A stretch of 64,000 nucleotides of DNA, from positions 83,702,001 to 83,766,000 of the forward strand of contig NC_086097.1 in the NCBI RefSeq assembly GCF_963921235.1. The letters are read 5' to 3'. The translations under genes and the position numbers were made by a program. Origin of the DNA: Mobula hypostoma (Eukaryota). Positions 27,661 through 37,510 of this stretch are shown here, piece after piece. A model generated the notes under the pieces. It saw only the letters and a program-made list of their open reading frames with translations, was not told where the DNA came from and did not search any database. Numbering within the stretch: position 1 is the stretch's first letter; every line of letters starts with the position of its first letter.

Positions 27661-27964
27661 GTGTTGGCACATGGCCAAGTGGTTAGGGCATTGGTCTAGT
27701 GATCTGAAGGTCACTACTTCGAGCCTTGGCTGAGGCAGCGTGTTGTGTCCTTGAGCAAGGCACTTAACCACACATTGCTCTGCGACGACACCGGTGCCAA
27801 GCTGTATGGGTCCTAATGCCCTTCCCTTGGACAACATCGGTGGCGTGGAGAGGGGAGACTTGCAGCATGGGCAACTGCCGGTCTTCCATGCAACCTTGCC
27901 CAGGCCTACGCCCTGGAAACCTTCCAAGGTGCAAATCCATGGTCTCACGAGACTAACGGATGCC
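27661..27964 (+). mobile_element. tRNA-headed SINE (tail type A) inserted in the Tc1 right TIR
   Basis: A box TGGCCAAGTGG, B-box-like TTCGAGCC, GTGTCCTTGAGCAAGGCACTTAACC body. 13-bp TSD TATATTTATAATT (27648-60 and 27965-77). Confidence 0.9.
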
Positions 27965-29479
27965 TATATTTATAATTAATTTAGATCCCTTTGTAGAGAT
28001 GTTTTCCCTTTGACATGATAGTATCTTTTTTTCTGTTGATCTGTGTCAAAAAAGCCAAATTAAAGCCACAGTGTGTCAGTGTTGTAAAGCAAAAATGAAA
28101 ACTTCCAAGGGGATGAATACTTTTTATAGGCACTGTATGTCACCATATACTTCCCTGAGCTTCATTTTCTTGTGGGCATTAACAGTAACTACAAAGAAAC
28201 ACAATAGATTCACTCAAGACTGGCAAACAAATATTGTGCAAAAGACCACAAGCTGCAAATACAAAAAGAAAAAATAAAATTATATAATAATTAATAGTAA
28301 TAATAAATAATAAATATCAAGAACATGACATGAAGAGTTCTTAAAAGTGAGTCCCCACGTTACCTCTCTGTACTTAAAGACACAGTGGAAACATTGCATT
28401 TGTATGTTGGTGAGTGAAATTGCTGTTTGTCACATGGTTATTTTAGGGAAGGTTTGCCTATTGATTTCTCACTTTCTAGCTTTGAAATAATCTACAGTTC
28501 TTAGGCTGTATTTGGTACTTAGCTCTGTTTTCTTTCTATTAGGAATTGAAAGATGATTTCTGGATATTTTATAAGCATGGTTTTCTTTCATCTCTACATC
28601 TGCTCCTTTTAAATTCTGCGTGAATTCAGTTACCCAAGGCAACCAAAAATTTTGGTTTTGAACAGAGTAACAATCTACTTATCCCTTGTCGTTCAAAACC
28701 TTTATCCTGTCTGAAATTGGGCCACTTTCTCAGTGTTGGGGCCATGAGATTTGCCCAGTGCCGACCATGCCCCCCCCCCAAACTGTGTGGAAGTTCCTCA
28801 GAGTGCAGGAATCCCTCTGTCTGGGCCCTCCAGTGGAGGCATCTCCCTGCAGTACTGTCCTCTGTTATTCAGTAAACTGAGCTGCAGAGTTAGCAACATT
28901 ATCTGTCTTTTGGGGTGTTAAAAGATTCTCTGAGTGAGAATTTGAATGAAGCAGAATATACTGTTAATCTATGCTTTGTTATAAAAGTCTGAACATAAAA
29001 TATAAATGCCCAGATGGCGTTGTGAAAACAAGTGGAGCAGACAAGGAAGCCAAATGGGCAGTTTATGAAAGGAATTATGAAAAGGTTTGACAACATTTCA
29101 AAGATTCCAACCTGCTAACAATAACTTAATATTGTTTTATCAAATTTGTCGGGCCTGGTGCACAGATGAGGCAAAGAATTCCACGTGGCAGAAGAAAAAG
29201 TTGATTCTCCACTCACTTGCACCTTTCCAAAATCTTGACATAACCTCTTCATAACATCTTCATGGACAAGTACATGAGAGTAGGCTGCTGCAGAAATCAG
29301 ACTCTGATGCTCTCTCGTTGTTTTGATTTTGTTGCTGCTTTCAGTCCGCTTGCATCCTCATTGGTTGAGGCCTGTAGAGACTGTGTCCAGCTGAAGAGTT
29401 CTGCAGAATCCTGGCCTGCCGAACTGCACCCCCCCCCCCAACCTCTTCCTCCAGAGTCAAATCAAGTGTTATGAATGAA

Positions 29480-30075
29480 TGAATTGTACTGACTTTATTT
29501 CTTACATCTTTCACATACTTGAGGAGTAAAAATCTTTACGTTACGTTTCCATCTAAATGTGCAATGTGCAATCGAAGTAAGTTATAATAATTTATAATAA
29601 ATGGAACAGTCAGTGTAATATGGAGTACACTCAAATCAGCGTGAGTTCATCAGTCTGATGGCCTGGTGGAAGAAGCTGTCCCGGAGCCTGTTGGTCCTGG
29701 CTCTTATGCTGTGGTACTGCTTCCCGGATGGTAGCAGCTGGAATAGATCGTGGTTGGGATAGTTTAGGCCCCCAGTGATTCTACAGATGCGCTGGGCTGT
29801 CCGCACCATGCTCTGCAGAGTCCTGCGATTAAGGGAGGTACAGTTTCCACACCAGGCAGTGATGCAGCCAGTCAGGATGCTCTCAATTGTGCCCCTGTAG
29901 AAAGTTCTTAGGATTTGGGGGCCCAAACCAAACTCCCTCAACTGTCTGAGGTGAAAGAGGCGCTGTTGTGCCTTTTTCACCACACAGCTGGTGTGTACAG
30001 ACCACGTGAGGTCCTCAGTGATGTGGATGCCGAGGAACTTGAAGCTGTTTACCCTCTCAACCCCAGAACCCTTGA
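29480..30075 (-). mobile_element. Rex1/Babar LINE 3' fragment, relatively young
   Basis: VKKAQQRLFHLRQLREFG...FYRGTIESILTGCITAW...RDSFFHQAIRLMNS. Confidence 0.88.
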
Positions 30076-30326
30076 TGAAAATCTAATACTGTAGATACCA
30101 GTGATCTGAAATGGAAACAGAGAACGTTGGAAAATGTCAGCTGGTCAGGCAGCATTTGTGGAAAGAGAAACAACCATTAATGCTTCAGGGAAACAACACT
30201 GAAGGGTTTCTTTCTGCAGATGCTGCCTGACTTGCAGAGTGTTTCATGCATTTCCTGTTGCTATGATGTGATCTTCAGTGAGGAATTCCCACTGCTTCTC
30301 TCTGGGTTGTGGCTGGAGCCCCCAAG

Positions 30327-30875
30327 AAAGTTCAAATTGAATTTATTATCGAAGTACCTATGTCACCATATACCACCCTGACATTAGTTTTCCTGCAGCT
30401 ATTCACAACAGAACACAGAAATACAATAGAATTAATGAACAACCTCACACAAAGACTGACAAACAAATAATATGCAAAAGAAGACGAACTGTGCAAATAC
30501 AAACAAAAATGATGATAATAATAATAATACTGTGAACACGAGTTGTAGAGTCCTTAAAAGTGAGTCCAGAGGTTGTGGAAACAGGTCAGTGTTGAGGTGA
30601 GTGGTCCGAGGGCCTATTAACTGTTCCTGAACCTGGTCGTGTGGGACCTAAGGCTCTGGTACCTCCCTCCCGAAGGGAGCAGCAAGAATAGAACCTAGTC
30701 TGCACGGTGGGGGTCTTTGATGGATCCTGCTTTCTCGTCGCAGTGCTCTAATATGTGCTCAATTATAGGGATGGACTGGGCTGTAGCCACTACTTTCTGT
30801 AGGCTTTTCCATTCTCGGACATTGGCGCTTCCATACCAGGCCGTGATGCAGCCAGTCAGGATACAGTCCACTGCA
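30327..30875 (-). mobile_element. Rex1/Babar LINE 3' fragment
   Basis: aaagttcaaattgaatttattatc tail (reverse strand) and a ccataccaggccgtgatgcagccagtcagg coding remnant. Confidence 0.75.
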
Positions 30876-31489
30876 GGAATTACAAATTTACTGCAAAACT
30901 GCTTGATAAGGTTGCTTTAAAAATGCATCTATTTCCTTCCAGTTGTGTAGGGCAGAGGGAGCACAATCTTATTGTGTCTTTCAAACACATCTATGACTCA
31001 AATGCACACTTAGCCCAAAGATTAATGATCTGTGGTTTTTTTTCTGACTGTAAAACTGTTTATCTAACAAACTTGCTGAGTACTTCATGACACACTTGGT
31101 TTCATTCTGTGGTGGAGGTAATTGCCAGGACTTGTTAAATTCTTTAGCCTGTTAAAATGCTGCAGAAACTCGCAGAAACCTGAAGCTCAGAGGGAGGCCA
31201 TTTAAATTAATCTTAAATCACCTACCTTCCTTACAAGGTAATCAATGTGACTGGCTTCCACTGTCCTTTAATTTAAGGAACATTCCAGATCTCAGCAACA
31301 TATGTGGGGATGGAGGGAGAGCAGCAGGAAGGTTTGAACAGAAATGTTTCTCTTTTTCGTTGCTAACCTTTTAAAATTTATGATCCCTATTGGGTCACTT
31401 CTTAACCTCAGGAAGCGTGATGCATATGTATGTAGATCTCCGGAAGTGGTAGGACATATTGTGAGCATGCAGGATCCTACACTTGGAAT

Positions 31490-31637
31490 GTAAAAAACAA
31501 TGAGGTTCTGTTGAACCTGTAAAGCTCTGGCTGGGCCACAAGTGAAGAATTGTGCCCGGTTGTAATCACCACAAATTGGGAAGGATGTGAAGGCCCCAGA
31601 GAAAATGCAAAAAGGATTTAGAAGAATAGTTCCAGGA
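31490..31637 (+). mobile_element. Old CR1 3' coding fragment, continuing at ~32238-32252 and 36773-36960
   Basis: gggccacaagtgaagaattgtg...aggatgtgaaggcc...ttccagga. Resumes after the SINEs and the LTR element as gagaggcttgg...atttaatag. Confidence 0.55.
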
Positions 31638-31639
31638 AG

Positions 31640-32237
31640 TTAGTCATACAACACAGAAACAGACAATTGGCCCACTGCTGACCATCCAGTACTCATTTAT
31701 ACTAATCCCATTTTATTCTACTGTAGTTCCCATGAACCCTCACCTGGTTCTACCATTAGCCTGTCTACTAGGGACAATTATAGTGGCCAATCGACTTTAT
31801 TTAATACATTTTATTTAGACATATAGTGTGGAATAGTGGAACAGGCCCTTCCAGCCCAACGAGCCTTGTTGCCCAGCAACCCACCTAGTTAATAATAGCC
31901 TAATCACAGGACAATTTACAACGACTAATTGACCTACTAACCGGTACGTCTTTGGACTATGGAGGAGAGCGGAACACCAAAGGAAATCCATGCAGTTCAC
32001 GGGGAGAATGTACAAACTCCTTACAGACGACACTGGAATTGAACTCTGATCTACAGAAGGCCCTGACCCGTAACAGCGTCGTGCTAACTACTCTGCTGCT
32101 GTGGCGCTTGTACGACTCTAGGCTGGGTGCACCCATGAGAAACCTGTGTAGTCACTATGGAGAACGTGCAAACTCCACAGATTAGTGCAGAAGTTGGGAT
32201 TGAACTGGGGTGGCTGGGGCTGTGAGTCAGCTGCTCT
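31640..32237 (-). mobile_element. Cluster of V-SINE/HE1-like SINEs (one nested in another)
   Basis: GGAGTTTGTACATTCTCCCCGTG...TCCAAAGACGTACCGGTTAG core (31820-32105) lies inside a second copy (31640-31790 and 32130-32237). Confidence 0.65.
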
Positions 32238-32252
32238 GATGGATTTCAGCTG

Positions 32253-32481
32253 TGAAGCACCTTCAATTACTCCAAAAGGCTGAGGTTTGGTAAAATACTG
32301 AAAGGCTTTTATTCGCTGTACAATGTGACCTCCACAGTGAGTGTCTGCCCCCGGACTGAGGGGGAGGGGCAAGGCGAACACCTTTATACAGGACTCTGTG
32401 GGAGGAGCCACAGGGGCAGTCAGCAGAGGTGTGTGTCCAGACAGGTAACCGAGTTACAACATATATACATGGTTTACCACA
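32253..32481 (-). repeat. 3' LTR (229 bp)
   Basis: Direct repeat of 36543-36772, immediately preceded on the - strand by the polypurine tract. Confidence 0.95.
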
Positions 32482-32501
32482 TTCACCCCTCCTTTTTTTT
32501 T
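32482..32501 (-). promoter_or_regulatory. Polypurine tract
   Basis: - strand A-run + GGAGGGGTGAA directly abutting the TG of the 3' LTR. Confidence 0.85.
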
Positions 32502-32552
32502 AGAAAGAGTCCCGCGGGGTGAAGTGACTGACAATATTTACAAGAAGTATAT

Positions 32553-35500
32553 TTACAGGTTAAGTCTATCAGGCGGTCGAGTCCGTCGCTGTGATCTACG
32601 TAGCACCGGCGGTGATTGCACCAGCGATGGCGGTTGTGCTGGCTCCGGCCTGACTTCAGGTGCCAGCACGTTAGGCGTTGGTAATCCCTCGTGCGTGTGC
32701 GTCGCGCCCGGTATGGGAGTGTCGTGTGGTGTCTGTATAGGGTTTGGGGTGCACGGTGTCTCGTAGGTACATACATTGGTGGGTACGGGGTCAATAGTCA
32801 CCACGGAGTGTTCAGGGTAGGGGCCCGGAGCTCCTGCGGGTGCCAGGTCGCAGATGGAGACCGTGTCCTCCCGCCCATCAGGTAAAACCACGTAGGCATA
32901 CTGGGGGTTCGCATGAAGTAAGTGGACCCTCTCGACCATCTGGGAGTATTTATTGACCCTCGCACGTTTCCGGAGCAGCACTGGCCCCGGGGACTTCAGC
33001 CAAGATGGTAGGGTGGTCCCAGTGGTCGATTTTCTGGGAAAAGAAAAGAGCCGCTCATGAGGGGTGGCATTGGTGGCTGTGCATAACAGGGAGTGGATGG
33101 AGTGCCTCGGGAAGGACCTCCTGCCAGCGGGAGACCGGCAGTCCCTTTGACCTGAGGGCTAAGAGTGTGGCTTTCCACACTGTGCCATTCTCCTTCTCTA
33201 CCTGTCCATTCCCCCGGGGATTATAGCTCGTGGTCCTACTGGTTGCAATTCCCCTAGTCAGTAGATATTGGCGCAGCTCGTCACTCATAAACGAGGACCC
33301 TCTGTCACATGTGGACATAGCATGGGTATCCGAACAGAGTGAAGAGCTTGCGCAGGGCTTTTATAACTGAAGTGGTAGTGGTGTCGGGGCAGGGGATGGT
33401 GAAGGGGAACCGCGAGTACTCGTCAATTACGTTAAGAAAGTACACGTTGCGGTCGATGGAGGGAAGGGGGCCCTTAAAGTCAACACTCAGTCGCTCAAAG
33501 GGGCGAGTGGCCTTGATGAGTGGTGCCTTTTCGGGTCGGTAGAAGTGCGGTTTGCACTCTGCGCAGACTTGGCAGTCCCTGGTCATCATCCTGATCTCCT
33601 CAAGGGAGTAAGGCAGGTTCCGGGCTTTCACGAAGTGGAAAAGCCGGGTGACTCCCGGGTGGCAAAGGTCTACATGTAGGGCGTATAGCCGGTCGATCTG
33701 CGCGCTGGCGCATGTTCCCCGGGATAGGGCATCAGAGGGCTCGTTGAGCTTCCCAGGCCTGTACATGATGTCATAGTTGTAGGTGGAGAGTTCGATTCTC
33801 CACCCCAGAATTTTATCATTTTTAATTTTGCTCCGCTGCTGATTATTAAACATGAATGCAACTGAGCGCTGGTCAGTTAGCAGGGTGAACCTTTTGCCGG
33901 CAAGATAGGGCCTCCAGTGCCTTATAGCTTCCACTATGGCCTGGGCCTCTTTCTCCACCGCGGAGTGCCGAATTTCAGGGCCTTAAAGGGTACGGGAGAA
34001 GAACGCCACTGGTCTTCCTGCCTGGTTGAGGGTAGCAGCCAGCGCAAAGTCGGAGGCGTCACTCTCTACTTGGGAGGGAATGGCCTCATCCACTGCATGC
34101 ATTGCTGCTTTGGCAATGTCCCCTTTTAGGCGGTTGAAGGCCGTGTGGGCTTCGGCAGAGAGGGGGAATGTGGTGAACTTGACCGGGGGCAGGCCTTGTC
34201 TGCATAGTTAGAGACCCATTGGGTGTAATATGAAAAGAAGCCCAGGCACCTTTTGAGGGCTCCGAGGGTATTGGGAAGAGGGAGTTCCAACAAGGGGCGC
34301 ATACGGTCGGGGTCAGGGCCAATGACTGCATTCTCCATGACACACCCAAGGATAGCAAGTCGGGTGGTCCCAAATACACACTTGTCCTTGTTATAGGTGA
34401 GGTTGAAAGATTTGGCCGCTTGGAGAAATTTTTGGAGGTTGTTGTCGTGATCCTGCTGGTCATGACCGCAGATGGTGATGTTATCCAGATATGGGAACGT
34501 GGCCTTCAGTTGGCACTGGTCCATCATCCGGTCCATTTCCCTCTGGAAGACAGATACACCATTTGTGACACTGAAGGGGACGCGCAGGAAGTGATAAAGC
34601 CTGCCGTCCGCCTCGAAGGCAGTGTAAGGGCGGTCCTCCTGGCGGATGGGGAGCTGATGGTAAGCAGATTTTAGGTCTATGGTCGAGTACACCTTGTACT
34701 GTGCTATCTGATTGACCATATCCGCGATGCGGGGTAGAGGGTACGCGTCGAGCTGCGTGAACCTATTGATGGTCTGGCTGTAGTCCACGACCAACCTATT
34801 CTTCTCCCCGTTCCGAACAACCACCACCTGCGCCCTCCAAGGACTTGTGCTTGCCTCAATGACCCCCTCCCTGAGCAGCCGCTGCACCTCCGACTTAATG
34901 AAAGCTCTGTCCCCCACGCTGTACCTTCTGCTTTTAGTTGCCACAGGTTTACAGTCAGGGGTCAGGTTGGCGAACAGCGGTAGGGGAGGGATCCTGAGGG
35001 TAGAGAGGCCGCAAGTGGTGTCGGTAGTGTGGCAGTTGGCATGATGTTGGGTGGGATGTGCGGGTCGGTGGGTGTGGGTGGTCAGTAGCGGGGTACATGA
35101 CATATCTCTACAAAACAGGGGATTTATGACAGTAATTGGTGGGAGGGGCCCATCATACTTCATTGTCACGCTTTTTAGGTGGCTCTGGAAGTCCAACCCC
35201 AACAGCACAATTGAGGCAAGACCAGTAACATAAAGTCCCGATATTCTGTGCCCTGCACCACTAGTGTCGCTACACAACCACCCCGGATGTCTGTTGTATG
35301 CGACCTGGAGGCCATGGTGACCCTCCGACTTACCGGCCGTATCATGAGTCCACAATGCTGCACCGTGGCCGGGTGGATAAAACTCTCCGTGCTGCCTGTG
35401 TCAAACAGGCAGCTTGTCTTGTGCCCCTCCACCAGGATGTCCATCATTGACCTTGTGAGCTGGTGGGGAGCGCTTTGGTCAAGGGTCACGGAAGCCAGGG

Positions 35501-36516
35501 TGGGGTCGCTGTCTTGGTCCGGCGTGGTGGGGTGCCCCGTGAGCACCCATTGGTCATAGGCGGTGGGAGGTGGCGCTGACAAGATGGCCGCCCCCGTGTC
35601 TCGCACGTGGTGGTGGCGTGCAGGGAAGATGGCGGCAGGCAAGATGGCGACCCCCACGTCTTGCAAGTGATGGCAGTGTGCAAGGAAGATGGCGGCCCCC
35701 ATGTCTCGCACGTGGTGGCAGTGTGCAGGGAAGATGGCGACCCCCACGTCTCACACGCGGCACTGCTCAATCCCGCTCGCGGTTTTGACTTACAGACCTT
35801 GGCGAAGTGGCCCTTCTTTCCGCAGCTGGAACAGGTAGCTTGTCGGGCCGGGCAGCGTTTCCGGGGGTGCTTCTCCAGTCCGCAGAAGTAGCACTTCGTG
35901 GACTCACGACTGGCGGCAGCCGAGGTAGATTCGCCGGCAGGTTGCAGGGTCTGCGGCACCCACGAGGCCATCGGGGGATCGCGTGCCTGGAGAGCCTCGG
36001 AGTTATGCAGAGTGGCCTCCAACGTATCAGCCAGCTCCATCGCCAAACTTAGGGTAAGATCGGCTTTTCCAGCAGCCGCTGGCGCACGTACACTGACCTG
36101 GTCCCCGTGACGAAGGCGTCTCTCACTAGGAGTTCTGCATGCTGCGCCGCAGTCAGCTCCTGGCAAATGCAGGCTCGCACGAGTGTCTGTAGGGCCCGGA
36201 CAAACTCAGCACTCGATTCCCCGGACCGTTGTTGCTGTGTCGCTAAACGGTGCCGAGCATAGACGCTGTTTATCGGCCGCAGGTATTGTCTTTTGAGTGC
36301 GTTCATTGCACCGTCGTAGTTCGGCTGGTCTCTGATCAGCAAATAGACCCGTGGACTGACCCTGGAGAGTAGAACTCAGCGCTTCGCTACGGGGTTGGTC
36401 GCTTTAATCTCCTCTAGATACGCTTCGAAGCAGGCCAGCCAGAGTTTGAAAGCGTTTCCAGCTTCAGGTGTTTGCGGATTGAGGTCTAATTTTTCTGGTC
36501 TCAGGGACTGTTCCAT
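32553..36516 (-). pseudogene. Disrupted gag-pol of the Gypsy element
   Basis: ATG at 36516 (MEQSLRPEKLDL...) with an early TGA and several frameshifts. Protease LFDTGS; RT IDLKSAYHQ...YLDN; RNase H TDAS/EKEA/TDQ; integrase H-x4-H...CQVC, DFKG, DRGS, EKEN; ends LRRSQRRTRPPDRLNL*. Confidence 0.9.
35581..35760. repeat. 45-bp coding tandem repeat (~4 units) between the gag knuckles and protease
   Basis: AAGATGGC starts at 35581, 35626, 35641, 35686 and 35731. The - strand translates as repeated CETWGxPSSLHTATT. Confidence 0.85.
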
Positions 36517-36526
36517 GTTTTAAAAC

Positions 36527-36541
36527 GTACAGCGAATAAAA
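36527..36541 (-). promoter_or_regulatory. Non-tRNA primer-binding-site position, TTTTATTCGCTGTAC, complementary to the element's own LTR
   Basis: Begins 1 nt after the 5' LTR end and lacks TGG. Exact reverse complement of 3' LTR 32307-32321 (- strand GTACAGCGAATAAAA); 14/15 against 5' LTR 36598-36612. Confidence 0.75.
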
Positions 36542-36542
36542 T

Positions 36543-36772
36543 TGAAGCACCTTCAATTACTCCAAAAGACTGAGGTTTTAGTAAAATACTGAAAGGCTTT
36601 TATTTGCTGTACAATACGACCTCCACAGTGAGTGTCTGCCCCCGGACTGAGGGGGAGGGGCAAGGCGAACACCCTTATACAGGATTCTGTGGGAGGAGCC
36701 ACAGGGGCAGTCAGCAGAGGGGTGTGTCCAGACAGGTAACCGAGTTACAACATATATACATGGTTTACCACA
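36543..36772 (-). repeat. 5' LTR (230 bp)
   Basis: Direct repeat of 32253-32481. About 8 substitutions and 1 indel by eye (~96% identity). TATA-like motif and AATAAA on the - strand. Confidence 0.95.
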
Positions 36773-37052
36773 AGCTGCAAGGTTAAAGTAGAGAGGCTTG
36801 GAGCAAGGAAGGTCAAGAGATTTAATAGGGGGTTGAAAATTCATGACTTGAATGTTGTAAACACAGAGAAGCTGTCCTGCTTCAGAGAGAGTTCCAGCAC
36901 CAAGGAACAGAAAGTTAAAAGTAAAGAGTAAAAAATGCAGAATGTAATCTATGAATCTATTTATTTTAGAGTAATGACCCTCTCCACCGTATAACTATGT
37001 ATTGATCTGATGTTTGCATATGTGCATTGACCTGTTGTCTACACAATGCGCA

Positions 37053-37510
37053 TTTCTCTCTCTCTCCCTCTCTCTCCCTCTCTCTCCCTCTCTCTCCCTC
37101 TCTCTCCCTCTCTCTCCCTCTCTCTCCCTCTCTCTCCCCCTCTCTCCCCCTCTCTCCCCCTCTCTCCCCCTCTCTCCCCCTCTCTCCCCCTCTCTCCCCC
37201 TCTCTCCCCCTCTCTCCCCCTCTCTCCCCCTCTCTCCCTCCCTCTCTCCCCTTCTCTCTCCCTCTCTCCCTCCCTCTCTCCCCCCCTCTCCCCCCCTCTC
37301 CCCCTCTCTCCCCCTCTCTCCCCCTCTCTCCCTCCCTCTCTCCCCTCTCTCTCCCTCTCTCCCTCTCTCCCCTCTCTCCCCTCTCTCTCCCTCTCTCCCC
37401 TCTCTCTCCCTCTCTCTCCCTCTCTCTCCCTCTCTCTCCCTCTCTCTCCCTCTCTCTCCCCTCCCCCTCCCCTCCCCCTCCCCTCCCCCTCTCCCCTCTT
37501 CCCCCCCCCC
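37053..37510. repeat. Pure polypyrimidine tract, ~458 bp, 10-bp units CTCTCTCCC(C/T)
   Basis: No purine seen on the + strand across the interval. Confidence 0.95.

Larger units (their letters stand above)
26280..28135 (+). mobile_element. Tc1-like DNA transposon with long (~200 bp) IR/DR-type TIRs, decayed
   Basis: Ends (c/t)AGTGCCTATAAAAAGT ... ACTTTTTATAGGCACTG, TA on both sides, long internal inverted match. Right TIR is interrupted by a SINE. Confidence 0.92.
32253..36772 (-). mobile_element. Full-length Ty3/Gypsy LTR retrotransposon (Mag-like), ~4.5 kb
   Basis: Paired TG...CA LTRs, 5-bp TSD AGCTG (32248-52 and 36773-77), PPT, and gag-PR-RT-RH-IN order. The twin CCHC knuckles (CYFCGLEKHPRKRC, CSSCGKKGHFAKVC) are typical of Mag-group elements. 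Confidence 0.95.

Noticed and set aside
27661..27735. tRNA-like sequence (also 44649-44725)
   Set aside because: SINE head: continues into a SINE body, and the 27661 copy has a TSD. Not a tRNA gene.
35581..35760. Regularly spaced repeats resembling a CRISPR array
   Set aside because: The intervening sequence is also repeated, it lies inside a retrotransposon ORF, the context is eukaryotic and there are no cas genes.
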